A stretch of 64,000 nucleotides of DNA from a virus (lineage: Duplodnaviria > Caudoviricetes): positions 96,001-160,000 of the IMG/VR virus record IMGVR_UViG_3300014000_000001, one strand, 5' to 3'. The notes below the pieces were generated by a model. The model saw only the letters and a list, made by a program, of their open reading frames with translations, searched no databases and was not told where the DNA came from. Shown here in pieces: positions 26,802 to 36,921 of the stretch. A program made the translations under genes and the position numbers. The first letter of the stretch is position 1. Every line of letters starts with the position of its first letter.

Positions 26802-28931
26802 ATGATGAACAAGTATGATAAGGATAGAGTCAAGTTCTATCGTTATGTTCAAATCCATCCTGAAGCAACAGGGACGGCAGGATTAAACTTCGCCCCTTAT
26901 AAAGTTTCTTCACCCAGACTACATATGTTGGCATCCCATATGGGGCAAAAACCTGCAATCATTCATGGTGAACCTCCTCTAGTTTACACAACTGTGGAAC
27001 GAGCTTATGCTGAAAGATTACATGTTATTGAAACACCAGCAAAGATCATTGTGCGAGAGGTTATTAGCAAATATTCATCGCTTACACCTTATGATCAAAA
27101 CCCACCTCTCACTTTAGTTATCTTCGAAAGAGCTGATACAGGTGAGATCGATGTCTTAGAGATTCCTCAAAATTACTGCAACCATCAAACATTCGGTTTC
27201 CGTTACATTCGAACTGCAGTGATGGAATCTATTTATCCAGGTCAGGTGATTGATGAGGGAGTTATTTTAGCAAAACCTGACACTCTAAATGATGATGGTG
27301 ATTGGTGCTTTGGACGTAATGTTCGAATGGGTTTCTTACCTTCAGAACCAGGGATTGAAGATGGCCTTTGTATCTCCGAATCTACGGCACGTAATTTTGC
27401 CATGTACGGTTACGGCACTGTGGAGATGTCGTTCGGTAAAAACAAAATCCCATTAAACACTTATGGCGATGATGATAATTATATTCCTTTTCCAAGTATT
27501 GGGGATATTATCAAACCTTCAGGCATCATCATGTCTGGTCGGGAATTTGATCCTAATCTCGCCCCAGGTAACATGACTAAGAAGTCCCTACAGAATACTA
27601 ACCAAACTGATGAGTCAGTATATGGCATTCCAGGGGCAAGAGTTGTTGGGATTCGAATCATCCGTGGTACGAATCAGTCCAATAACTTACCTCAAGAAGT
27701 TGATGATTATGTTGGAATCTTCACAAACAAAGATCAAGCATATCATAACTCAATCCTGAAACTCCACAATAACTTGAAGAAACAATATCAGTCAGAACAA
27801 TATACTGATACCAATGCTTGGCGTTGGCTTGTAACTGATGCGATGTTTGCATTAAACAAGAAAACAGGAATCAAAAAGGAAGCGTATCGTGGCGTTCCTT
27901 TAGATGATCTTCAAGTTATCATTCAATACGAATATATTTATATTCCAAACAAAGGAGCAAAATTCACAGGTCGTCAAGGTGATAAGGCGGTTGTTACCCG
28001 AATCAAACCTGACCATCTGATGCCGCGAGATGCGCGTGGTAATTATCTAGACGCATACATGGATGATTCATCAACCTCGAACCGAATGAATCCAGTGCGC
28101 TTGGATGAAATGGCAATTAATAGTTGTATGGAAACAGCTTTAATTGAGATTCGCGAAGCTTACGAACGTGATAATAATTTAGATCGTGCTTGGGCAATAT
28201 TGCGTGAAGCAATGGATTTCTTAAGTCCACTTACTGTGGATGCAATGGACGCTATTCAGTCACGCGATGCAATGCGTGAAGACATTGAATTCATGTTGTT
28301 ATCCCGCGAAGAAATTCCACCGCATTATGTTCCAGGAATTCGGGTAGCTTTACCGCCTGATAATCCAGTAGACTATCTTGCGGCTTTGGCAGCGTTGAAG
28401 AAACGTTTCCCACCGTTGAAGGATTATTTGTGGATTACTAACGATGACGGTACTGTAGTTCCAACATTAGAACCTACCCTCACAGGTTTTACCTACATGA
28501 TCCCGTTAGAACGTCAAGCGAATAAGTTCTCAGCAGCTTCGTCTCCTAAACGTCAACATCACGGTATTCCAGTAAAACCTTCTAAACGTGCGCGATTATC
28601 TGCACCAATTAACGACTCACCAACGCGCGATAAGGGCGAGGATGAAACTCGTGGAGGTATTTCAATTATGGGCGGTAATGTAATGGCTGAAAGTTTCGAC
28701 CGCAGCTTGAACCCATATGCACACCAGCAAGAATGTCGTTCAATTTATGCTGCAAGAAATCCAGCAAGAATCACAAACACTGTTCCAAGACATGATTATC
28801 AAATTGATCCAACGGTTGCAAGGCAAAAGGTGATCCCAATCACTGGTGGTCGAGTAGTTGAAATTCGAGATCATGTGTTACGTTGCGGCGGTGTAGTCTT
28901 CACTATGGGTGAGGATGGGGATCGGGTGTGA
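26802..28931 (+). CDS. nvRNAP beta C-terminal subunit (phiKZ gp71-73-like), uninterrupted
   Basis: SSPRLHMLASHMGQ, GIEDG, GAKFTGRQGDKAVV, SNRMN, KGEDETR. Confidence 0.9.
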   Translation: MMNKYDKDRVKFYRYVQIHPEATGTAGLNFAPYKVSSPRLHMLASHMGQKPAIIHGEPPLVYTTVERAYAERLHVIETPAKIIVREVISKYSSLTPYDQNPPLTLVIFERADTGEIDVLEIPQNYCNHQTFGFRYIRTAVMESIYPGQVIDEGVILAKPDTLNDDGDWCFGRNVRMGFLPSEPGIEDGLCISESTARNFAMYGYGTVEMSFGKNKIPLNTYGDDDNYIPFPSIGDIIKPSGIIMSGREFDPNLAPGNMTKKSLQNTNQTDESVYGIPGARVVGIRIIRGTNQSNNLPQEVDDYVGIFTNKDQAYHNSILKLHNNLKKQYQSEQYTDTNAWRWLVTDAMFALNKKTGIKKEAYRGVPLDDLQVIIQYEYIYIPNKGAKFTGRQGDKAVVTRIKPDHLMPRDARGNYLDAYMDDSSTSNRMNPVRLDEMAINSCMETALIEIREAYERDNNLDRAWAILREAMDFLSPLTVDAMDAIQSRDAMREDIEFMLLSREEIPPHYVPGIRVALPPDNPVDYLAALAALKKRFPPLKDYLWITNDDGTVVPTLEPTLTGFTYMIPLERQANKFSAASSPKRQHHGIPVKPSKRARLSAPINDSPTRDKGEDETRGGISIMGGNVMAESFDRSLNPYAHQQECRSIYAARNPARITNTVPRHDYQIDPTVARQKVIPITGGRVVEIRDHVLRCGGVVFTMGEDGDRV

Positions 28932-28961
28932 AAACACCCTCTTTTAATACAGAGGTGAGAT

Positions 28962-31064
28962 ATGCTGATTTCAATTCATGAGATCATGGGAAAATCAATA
29001 CAGGATGTCATTGATGAATTCCATGAACGTAAGGAAGAGTTCCAAATACAATTTGATGATGGGATTTTAGCTTGTGATGGTTGCATGATCGTGTGGGATC
29101 GCTTCATCTGGGAATATTACATACATTTACCTGTTAGGATTCCAGCATTAATGAAATACTCTTTAGCAGGAGGAAAAGTTAAATTCAGTCCACATGCACC
29201 GCTAGATCAATGTACTCTGATGTATCGTGATTATTTAGACTTATACGAGTTTACTGAAAACGATTTAGATGATAGTTACATGAACCGCATCGTCTATAAG
29301 AATGTTATTAATGGATTGTATAACTTCTGTGTGGAATATCTAGACGCATACGTGCAAGGTGCAGACACCTTCGATTTAATTGACATCATGAATCATCCTC
29401 CGATTCGTGAAGCTAACGAGAAGATCAAGAACCAAAGCTATGATCCAACTCCAGAAGAAATCAACGCTGTGCACGATATCGTGGAATATGAGCTTTTAAA
29501 TTCTAAAGAATTGAATCGTAACCCTTGGGCGATTGCTTTGCGTTGTAAAGCAATCAAAATGCCACAGTTCCAAATGATGGTAAGTTCAGTAGGTTATTGT
29601 ACTGATATTAACTCGTCATTATTCCCAAGACCATTAAGATGTGGGTTCTACGAAGGTAATGCTAAATTATGGGAGTTTGCGATAGAATCGCGTAACGCAT
29701 CGATTGCATCATTGTATAATGAATTGATCATGCCAATCTCTCAGTATGCTAACCGACGTTATCAGTTGATCTGTCAGCCAATGCGTTGGGTGGTGAGGGC
29801 GGATTGTGGTGCTCGGCGTTATAAAGAAACTTTAATTACTGATCAACGTAAACTTAACCGAATGGAAGGTTTATGGCGGTATGATGAGGTGACCAATAGC
29901 TTGCAACCACTGAAACCTACAGATACACACTTGATCGGGAAATTAATAAAACACAGAAGTTCTATATACTGTGATTGGAATGGTTCTCGCTCAGAAGTAT
30001 GTGCTGTATGTCATGGGCGTTTGTACCGATCAGTGATGAAGTTTGCCCCAGATTCACAATCTAGTGCTAAAGGTAATAATGTTGGACACATTGCTGCAAT
30101 CTCTGTTGGTGAGAAAAACTCATCGATTGTATTATCGAGAAAGCATCAAAACTCAACATCTGTAGCATCGAAGATGGTGTTAAGTATCGAGCAGAGTACT
30201 TATCTTGATGTGAGTGAAGATGGTCGTTATTTGTTGTTACATACCAAGTATCGTCCAATGAACAAACTGAAGATTCTCCTGCATAAAGATCAAGTGGAAA
30301 AACTACATGATGTGAGTGCTGGTATCATTGATACTACTTCACCTTCCTCTATTTCCCAAATTGAAAACTTTGTTATCATTGATGAAACCTTAGATGATGT
30401 GAATAACCGATTACCAATTACAATCGGTTCGAAACAACGTACGGGTTATTTGTCGGTAGATGCACTGGAATATATTAAGGATAAAGGTTGGGAATTTGAT
30501 GAACAACAGAACTTAATTATCGATTTAAAAGATTGGGATAAACGACACCCATTCTTTAATGTACCTCAAATTGAGTTCTCTCCTCCCGAATTTATTGAGG
30601 AGCTGACCAGTTTTATGCTTGGACCTTCGAAGCCTGCGAAAGAAGGTAAGAAAGGGGACAAGTTTAAAAAGGACACAATTGAAATACGTAGACTTGATAG
30701 TTATAAAACCCCTGATAAGGCGGTGGATGCGTTATATGAGGAAATCCAAGAACATCTGGATGTACACTATTCACATCTATCTATCATCGTGATTGCGTTA
30801 TCTGCAAACGATCCAATCAATGATGACTATCGTCTACCTTACCCGCGTTATAAAGGAACTATTGTCACTGAAACTCCATTGGTTGACAATAACTCTGCAG
30901 GGATGTCAATGGCTTACGAAAAACAGCATAAGATCTTATCTTCGCCAGCTACGTATGTCTTACACCGTCGCCGAGGACATCCTTTAGATGCATTATTGTT
31001 GAGTAGGGTGTATGGTAACATTAAGAAAGTACTCCCACCACTTCATGGTTGTAACGAACGATAG
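28962..31064 (+). CDS. nvRNAP beta-prime C-terminal subunit (phiKZ gp74-like)
   Basis: Bridge helix SQYANRRYQ, DCG...YC...CAVCHG Zn site, trigger loop GHIAAISVGEKNSSIVLSRKH. Confidence 0.9.
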   Translation: MLISIHEIMGKSIQDVIDEFHERKEEFQIQFDDGILACDGCMIVWDRFIWEYYIHLPVRIPALMKYSLAGGKVKFSPHAPLDQCTLMYRDYLDLYEFTENDLDDSYMNRIVYKNVINGLYNFCVEYLDAYVQGADTFDLIDIMNHPPIREANEKIKNQSYDPTPEEINAVHDIVEYELLNSKELNRNPWAIALRCKAIKMPQFQMMVSSVGYCTDINSSLFPRPLRCGFYEGNAKLWEFAIESRNASIASLYNELIMPISQYANRRYQLICQPMRWVVRADCGARRYKETLITDQRKLNRMEGLWRYDEVTNSLQPLKPTDTHLIGKLIKHRSSIYCDWNGSRSEVCAVCHGRLYRSVMKFAPDSQSSAKGNNVGHIAAISVGEKNSSIVLSRKHQNSTSVASKMVLSIEQSTYLDVSEDGRYLLLHTKYRPMNKLKILLHKDQVEKLHDVSAGIIDTTSPSSISQIENFVIIDETLDDVNNRLPITIGSKQRTGYLSVDALEYIKDKGWEFDEQQNLIIDLKDWDKRHPFFNVPQIEFSPPEFIEELTSFMLGPSKPAKEGKKGDKFKKDTIEIRRLDSYKTPDKAVDALYEEIQEHLDVHYSHLSIIVIALSANDPINDDYRLPYPRYKGTIVTETPLVDNNSAGMSMAYEKQHKILSSPATYVLHRRRGHPLDALLLSRVYGNIKKVLPPLHGCNER

Positions 31065-32619
31065 GAAAATCATTCAGCCGATATATGACTATTATCGTAA
31101 TCAACTTTCGGTCTTCAAGTTTGGTCGTAGTAAAAACAACAGAGGACCGAAGGAAATCGATAAGACGTTTGCATCAGCAAATAAGGAACGAACGCATTTT
31201 CGGATGCACATTAACTCGTTCCAAGATTTCATTCGTTATATGGCACATCGCGGTATTCCCGAGGCAACCTGGGATATCGAAGAAGTGGAGATGTACAAGC
31301 CAAAACCTGCAAAGTTTAAGTGTACGTTTCCACATCCACTTAGACCCAAACAGGTTGAAATTAAAGACTTCATCTTTACAAACAAAGATGGAACCGTTCC
31401 ATTAACAGACATACCACGACCCGCGTTAGATATATTGAGGATGCATCCAACGCGAGTCATCCCATTACAAATGGGGGGTGGTAAAACATTGATCGCTTTA
31501 TATTGCGCTGCGTTGTTGGGCGTACGCACAATGATTGAGATCGCCCCGCGGTATCGTGAGAACTGGGTGAAGAATGTATATGGGGATGAAAGAAAACTAG
31601 ACGTCGATGAAAAAGATGTGTTAGTGATTCAATCTACCCCTGACTTAATTCGAGCTATTCGTAAGGCGAAATCCAAATACGAGAAGTTTGATTATAAGAT
31701 CATTATTTGCCATAAGACCACGATTTCTAATTTTATCAAAGCTTATGTGAGAGGTGAACCACAGTTTAAGGACTATGGTATTAAGGTAGAGGACTTATAT
31801 AAAGTACTCGGTGTAGGGTTGATTATCCGTGATGAAGTACATGAAGAACTTCACGCGAATGCCAACCAAGACTTACATAGACATGTACCGATGGTGATTA
31901 ATCTTTCAGCAACACTGGAATTTGATGATCCTAAAGTAGATGATATGTGTAGAATTGTATTCCCTATTGTTGATCGTTTTAATGCGGGGGAATGGAATAA
32001 ATACATCGATGTTCGTGCTTTACTCTTTGCTTTAGAGTTTCCAACGAAACTCAAATGGCAAGTGTTTAAGAACGGCCCTTACTCCCAAGCCGAGTTCGAA
32101 AAATCAATTCTTAAGGACAAGCGAAAAAGATCGATGTATGCACAGATGTTAATTAGTTTTATTTCTGACTACTATGAACAAATAGCGGAAGGAAATGACA
32201 AATTAGCAATATATGCATCGACGGTCGATATGTGTACATTTCTCACTGATCAATTCCAAGATCACTTTTCACATCGTATTGTGAATCGTTATGTTGGGGA
32301 AGATGAATATGATAATTTAATGAGTAGTGATATTGTTGTCACCACCCCCGGTTCTGCTGGTACTGGTGTCGATATTAAAGGTTTGCGTCGAGTTATCATG
32401 ACGCTTGCACAAAAATCATCACAGCGTAATTTCCAAATCAAAGGTCGATTACGTGAACTCTTTGAATTGTCATCAACAGGAGAGGTTAAAGATACGGTCT
32501 TCTACTACTTGGTATGTACTGATATTCAACAACATCTTGACTATCACCATTTCAAGAAGAAGAAGTTCAGAGGACGTGTCAAATCTCACGAAGAAATCCA
32601 AACTGACTTTATGTTATAG
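31012..32619 (+). CDS. superfamily 2 DNA helicase (phiKZ gp75 / UvsW-like)
   Basis: LRPKQ, QMGGGKT, RDEVH, LSAT, GTGVDIKGL, QIKGRLR. Confidence 0.9.
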   Translation: MVTLRKYSHHFMVVTNDRKIIQPIYDYYRNQLSVFKFGRSKNNRGPKEIDKTFASANKERTHFRMHINSFQDFIRYMAHRGIPEATWDIEEVEMYKPKPAKFKCTFPHPLRPKQVEIKDFIFTNKDGTVPLTDIPRPALDILRMHPTRVIPLQMGGGKTLIALYCAALLGVRTMIEIAPRYRENWVKNVYGDERKLDVDEKDVLVIQSTPDLIRAIRKAKSKYEKFDYKIIICHKTTISNFIKAYVRGEPQFKDYGIKVEDLYKVLGVGLIIRDEVHEELHANANQDLHRHVPMVINLSATLEFDDPKVDDMCRIVFPIVDRFNAGEWNKYIDVRALLFALEFPTKLKWQVFKNGPYSQAEFEKSILKDKRKRSMYAQMLISFISDYYEQIAEGNDKLAIYASTVDMCTFLTDQFQDHFSHRIVNRYVGEDEYDNLMSSDIVVTTPGSAGTGVDIKGLRRVIMTLAQKSSQRNFQIKGRLRELFELSSTGEVKDTVFYYLVCTDIQQHLDYHHFKKKKFRGRVKSHEEIQTDFML

Positions 32620-32886
32620 GTGGGTATTATGAGAAAAGATGCATTAAGGCAAAACGTCGAATCCGATGAATTCAACCGTCAATTCACTTCCGATGGAAAG
32701 ATTGACTTTAAGGCTCGTGTGGGTCTGACTAAAGATCAAGATCCATTTAAGCAGTTCAACTATCCAGCTGATTCTGCAGAACAGGTCGCATTCGATGAAC
32801 ATCGTTCTTTCCAAGAAACCTCATTTGATCATCAAGCTCGTAACTTTGGCGATGATGACGATGCGGGATTTAGTGAACGTTGGTAA
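32620..32886 (+). CDS. hypothetical protein (start may be ATG 32629)
   Basis: ~85-88 aa, acidic C-terminus, followed by a hairpin. Confidence 0.65.
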   Translation: MGIMRKDALRQNVESDEFNRQFTSDGKIDFKARVGLTKDQDPFKQFNYPADSAEQVAFDEHRSFQETSFDHQARNFGDDDDAGFSERW

Positions 32887-32892
32887 TCCAAA

Positions 32893-32922
32893 CTAACCAC
32901 AATCATTCGTGGTTGTGGTTAG
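32893..32922 (+). terminator. hairpin with TTCG loop
   Basis: CTAACCACAATCA-TTCG-TGGTTGTGGTTAG. Confidence 0.7.
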
Positions 32923-32975
32923 GTCTTATGCTGAAATTCTCAAAAACTTGATTAAACAAAACAGAGGTAATAAAC

Positions 32976-33467
32976 ATGAATGAACTTGAACCTTTTGAAT
33001 TAACACCTATTGAAAAATTTAACTATCTTATCGAAACCGAATTAGATTGCCCTGGATGTGTTACTAGACCTAAGGTGAATCCAAATTATGCGGATGAGTT
33101 CAAAGACTATTTTCTTCATGAATGTCTATATCCGTTCTATAGAAGTTTCATGGAAGCATTTAGTGAAAGTAATTTTGAGCAGTATTCTAAAGAAGAACGT
33201 AAGAATATTCTTCTGCAAGTCCGTGACTTTTCATCGTGGGTAAAACGGGAAGAGGATGAAAGTAAACACACGATTACCATGTTAAGACACAATGAAGATG
33301 GAGTTTTAGAGCCTGTACAAGCTATGTTTGAATATTGGAAAGAAGGGGGTGGGTTTATGTTATCTGAGTTTTATATCGGTGGACGAGGTACAATTGGTTC
33401 TTTAGCAATGGTATCTTTTTGCCAAACCAAAGGGATAGCTTTAGTCGATCTAATGTATGGGAATTAA
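32976..33467 (+). CDS. hypothetical protein
   Basis: 163 aa, AGAGGT RBS. Confidence 0.75.
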   Translation: MNELEPFELTPIEKFNYLIETELDCPGCVTRPKVNPNYADEFKDYFLHECLYPFYRSFMEAFSESNFEQYSKEERKNILLQVRDFSSWVKREEDESKHTITMLRHNEDGVLEPVQAMFEYWKEGGGFMLSEFYIGGRGTIGSLAMVSFCQTKGIALVDLMYGN

Positions 33468-33519
33468 GGTAAGTTCTTTTTCCTTTAATTCTATGACAAC
33501 ACATTAGAGATTAATCCTC

Positions 33520-33999
33520 ATGAACAAAGCAATCACTCGAGGATCACCAATTAACTTCGCTAAGAAGCTCAAGCAATTTATTGTTGATCCCAATCCTGAT
33601 CTTGATTATCTTGAATTCGATCACATGGAATACACTCGCGTTCCACATGGACAATTCAAAAAAGTAACGGATTCAACAAAGTTAAATTTTGAATGTCGTA
33701 TTTCAATGATCTATCAAACCCAAGATGGTCAACAACAGAAAATGAATCTGTATTACATCACAACAGATCATCAGTCGCTCAGTTTAACAATGTTGGATCT
33801 AGACGCTTTGGCACGCTGTTATAGCAATGGTGTAGAAGCTAAACTAGTCTATGCTAGATCAATTGTTAAACCTCTTCTCACACGTCGTTTGAATGATTTA
33901 ATCGAACGTAAAGAAGTAGATACAAGTAAACATAATGTTCGGGTAGAGTTTATCGATGGTGAAAACCAACATGTCTTAAGTAAAATGAGTTTTGATTGA
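33520..33999 (+). CDS. hypothetical protein
   Basis: 159 aa ORF. Confidence 0.7.
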   Translation: MNKAITRGSPINFAKKLKQFIVDPNPDLDYLEFDHMEYTRVPHGQFKKVTDSTKLNFECRISMIYQTQDGQQQKMNLYYITTDHQSLSLTMLDLDALARCYSNGVEAKLVYARSIVKPLLTRRLNDLIERKEVDTSKHNVRVEFIDGENQHVLSKMSFD

Positions 34000-34011
34000 A
34001 ACTGCATAAAT

Positions 34012-34041
34012 AGATCATCCATCCCAAGGGATGGATGATCT
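34012..34041. terminator. bidirectional terminator
   Basis: AGATCATCCATCCC-AA-GGGATGGATGATCT, flanked by GCATAA and TTATGC. Confidence 0.85.
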
Positions 34042-34052
34042 TATGCTATCTA

Positions 34053-34583
34053 TCAATATTGTCTAAATGGGTCAACGTTCTCTTGCCTTAGTTTTTTTTC
34101 GTTCGCTCGAATCTCCTTCTCTAAAGCTTCATCTAATACGTTCTTATCTCCACGACGTAGAAGTTTCACCCAGTCTTTAATTAACCAATCGCACATCCAG
34201 TTAGGAAGCTTGATGAATTCATTAAAGCTCATGTTTGCACTTTCAGCAAGTCCTGAGTTACAAAAGTCAGCGAAGACCTTAGCAATACCTTTATAATCTT
34301 CAAGGTGCTCACTATCGTTATATGCAATGACTTCGTAAGGGTCTTCAGGCTTTTGCTCTAAAAACGTCATGTGAAAGAGTTGGCGTTTGATCATCGAGAG
34401 TTCAAACCCATTTAACTTACCATCATAACCTTTTTTGATGCGACCAATATTATCAACGATTAAACCCCAAAGGTCTTGAGTGTAAGCAGGGTGCTCAAGG
34501 TTAAAAATATGAGTACCCCACTTTTGTTTAAACTTGGCTTGATAATCGTCATCGAACCCTACGGGTTGCGGGCCGCTAGGATA
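34053..34583 (-). CDS. -1 frameshift extension (T-like domain) of the 34559..36271 protein
   Basis: The frame is open for 63 codons upstream of ATG 34394, back to the slippery site; ATG 34394 has no RBS; MSFNEFIKLPNW resembles GT / T4 gp51-type domains. Confidence 0.7.
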   Translation of the reverse strand, partial: YPSGPQPVGFDDDYQAKFKQKWGTHIFNLEHPAYTQDLWGLIVDNIGRIKKGYDGKLNGFELSMIKRQLFHMTFLEQKPEDPYEVIAYNDSEHLEDYKGIAKVFADFCNSGLAESANMSFNEFIKLPNWMCDWLIKDWVKLLRRGDKNVLDEALEKEIRANEKKLRQENVDPFRQY

Positions 34584-34589
34584 AAAAAA
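34553..34589 (-). promoter_or_regulatory. putative programmed -1 ribosomal frameshift signal
   Basis: mRNA CGU UUU UUU AUC gives an in-frame U_UUU_UUU, immediately followed by the GC-rich stem AUCCUA(G)CGG-loop-CCGUAGGGU. Confidence 0.72.
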
Positions 34590-36271
34590 CGACTCACCGC
34601 ATCAATTGGAGTATAAATTGCGGTGCCGTTGTTATTGATCACATTGGATAATTCACCGCAACTTGGGCAAGTGTTGGTGGGTACTGCAAGTACTGCTGCC
34701 AAACGCGATGCAGTTACTCGGCGAATATCATCGTAAATTTTATTACGAATCTCTTCGTTATTACTTAATGTATGGAAAGTTTTACGAATCGCTTCTTCAT
34801 CACGGATTTCTTCCCCATCAATTAAGAACCCATCCACCCAATGCGATACATCAAGCGCTGCAGTGGCCGCCATCTGACGTTGAATCATTTCATTACGGGT
34901 TTCTTCATCCACATTAGTTGTGATTGCATCATCCACTGAATCGATGACAGCTTCAATCCACTTTTCCCCGATTTCAATATGTTTTGCCGCGTTGGGAGCT
35001 TTAAGGATTAAACTAACCCCATTAGCCACTTCAATTATATCTCGTTCATGCATACGTCCTAAACGTTGATACTTTTGAATATCTTCAACGGTTGCTTTAT
35101 CTGCAGACAATGGTTTTGCAATGAATGACTTTTGCCAATCGTTAAACATAGATGAATCAATTTGTGGCAGTAGCATTAAATCAATTAAAGATTCATGACG
35201 ATGACCACATAATCCTTTCTTCGGTTTTCCATCTTCATCTAAGATTGGTTTTTTATCAGCATCCAATCGTGTTTTAAGACCACCACAAGTTTCAACATAA
35301 TTATAACCACGTTGGAATCCAGACGCCATTAACGCCCACGCCATGATTTGAATATCACGATGATCGATATATTGGAAGATATCAGCCCACAAAGATTTAT
35401 CTACGTTACTATCTACCACTTGATTCATGAATTCTTTCATGATGATGCGGTTAGCATAATAAGCAGATGACCCATGAATAATTCCATTAGTACTGCGTAG
35501 GATATCTAAATGGGCGTTATTAACCTTATCCACCATAGCGACTCGTGCAGCTTTAGATAAAGGTTCTATTGCGAACACTAGACCTGAATGCCATAAACGC
35601 ACTAATAAAGAAGAACCAATATCTAAACGACGGAACAATACAGTAATAAGTTGCTCGTGATTTTCTTTATTGGCTAAAGTGTTACCTTGTGCTTTGGTTG
35701 CGAAGTTAATCTTATTGGCACGTAATTTACGTCCATCAACATTTAAATGATCATCCCAACTTGCACCTTCACGAGCACAGAAGGAGAACATATGTCGATC
35801 CATGACGACTTTATTTTGCTCGGCATAATCAATCATCCGTATATCGGTTTCACTACCGCGACCATTTTCTAAACGATCTACGCTGATGTTTGCGGTAATC
35901 TCCATAGTGTTTGGATTACGTGCCCAAACAGCCAATGGATAATACGTGAGCTTTTCATCAGTTGCTTTTTTAATAGCGTCTAAACTTGTACCAATGGAGT
36001 AATCAGAGCTACCATATTTTTTACTCTTTGCTTCTTGTTCGACTGCAACTTCGACCACAGTCTGATCATCACTGTGATAGTCTTCATTTTCTTCTTTAGT
36101 GAGTTCAACCGTTTCAAATTCCGATTCAGTTTCATTCTTTGCAGGTTGTTGAACTTCAGTAGTTTCCTGAGTAGTTTCAGGAATATCTTTAGCTACCTTT
36201 TTAGTTGAAGTGCGTACGCGTGGTTTACGTACAGGTTTGGTTTCATCAACTTTGTTTTCTTGATCGCTCAT
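34559..36271 (-). CDS. putative tail/baseplate-hub assembly chaperone (phiKZ gp77 position; T4 gp26 / G-like)
   Basis: 570 aa; LWHSG, ETC...CGH, TCPSCG; ends ...SRFF at the slippery site. Confidence 0.65.
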   Translation of the reverse strand: MSDQENKVDETKPVRKPRVRTSTKKVAKDIPETTQETTEVQQPAKNETESEFETVELTKEENEDYHSDDQTVVEVAVEQEAKSKKYGSSDYSIGTSLDAIKKATDEKLTYYPLAVWARNPNTMEITANISVDRLENGRGSETDIRMIDYAEQNKVVMDRHMFSFCAREGASWDDHLNVDGRKLRANKINFATKAQGNTLANKENHEQLITVLFRRLDIGSSLLVRLWHSGLVFAIEPLSKAARVAMVDKVNNAHLDILRSTNGIIHGSSAYYANRIIMKEFMNQVVDSNVDKSLWADIFQYIDHRDIQIMAWALMASGFQRGYNYVETCGGLKTRLDADKKPILDEDGKPKKGLCGHRHESLIDLMLLPQIDSSMFNDWQKSFIAKPLSADKATVEDIQKYQRLGRMHERDIIEVANGVSLILKAPNAAKHIEIGEKWIEAVIDSVDDAITTNVDEETRNEMIQRQMAATAALDVSHWVDGFLIDGEEIRDEEAIRKTFHTLSNNEEIRNKIYDDIRRVTASRLAAVLAVPTNTCPSCGELSNVINNNGTAIYTPIDAVSRFFILAARNP

Positions 36272-36273
36272 GA

Positions 36274-36843
36274 TTAAGCTCCTTCAACCATATTTACTTC
36301 TGTGAATTGCTGTGCCTCATTGAGGCAAGTTAATAAACTCTTAATAACTAACATGAGGTCATGAGCAGCTTCTTGGATCAAGGATTGTAATTCGGTATAG
36401 CCTTCAATCAACCCCATGCACTCTGCCCAATGCTCAACCACTAAAACTGTACCTAAAGAGGTCATGTGTTCGATGTTGTCGTTATACAGTTTAGTTGTTG
36501 CGGTTTCAAATGCGGTGAGAGTTTGCACTGCGTCAACTACATTTGTATAAACCTGTGGCCATGCTTGTTTGAATGCTGCCTCAAATTCAGGTTGAGATAC
36601 AAAGTTTTCATTAGTATCCTGAATTAACTTAAAGTGTTCAAGAATTGCTAAGGTGTCAGCGTGCACCTCATCTAAAAATTGCTTAGGGGTTTTCTTGTCT
36701 TTCACAGCTTTTAAGTAGAATTTGGTTTCCTTGGCACTCATAGTGCTGTTGCCTAACATTCCCCGAACACGATTAAGGCGTTTGGTTTCTTCACGTTTGC
36801 GTGCATTATCTTTCACACGACGTTTGCTTTTTGATACAGGCAT
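36274..36843 (-). CDS. hypothetical protein with a basic N-terminus
   Basis: 189 aa, coupled to the downstream gene. Confidence 0.75.
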   Translation of the reverse strand: MPVSKSKRRVKDNARKREETKRLNRVRGMLGNSTMSAKETKFYLKAVKDKKTPKQFLDEVHADTLAILEHFKLIQDTNENFVSQPEFEAAFKQAWPQVYTNVVDAVQTLTAFETATTKLYNDNIEHMTSLGTVLVVEHWAECMGLIEGYTELQSLIQEAAHDLMLVIKSLLTCLNEAQQFTEVNMVEGA

Positions 36844-36921
36844 ATTACTTATCCTTATTTGCTTAGATGATCAACTGTTCATATGGAATAGCATAGAAGT
36901 AAAAAGATAAGGTAATTTTTT

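Noticed and set aside
26802-28931. Possible intron in the nvRNAP beta subunit, as in phiKZ gp71-73
   Set aside because: The ORF is continuous with all expected motifs, so this is an intron-less allele.
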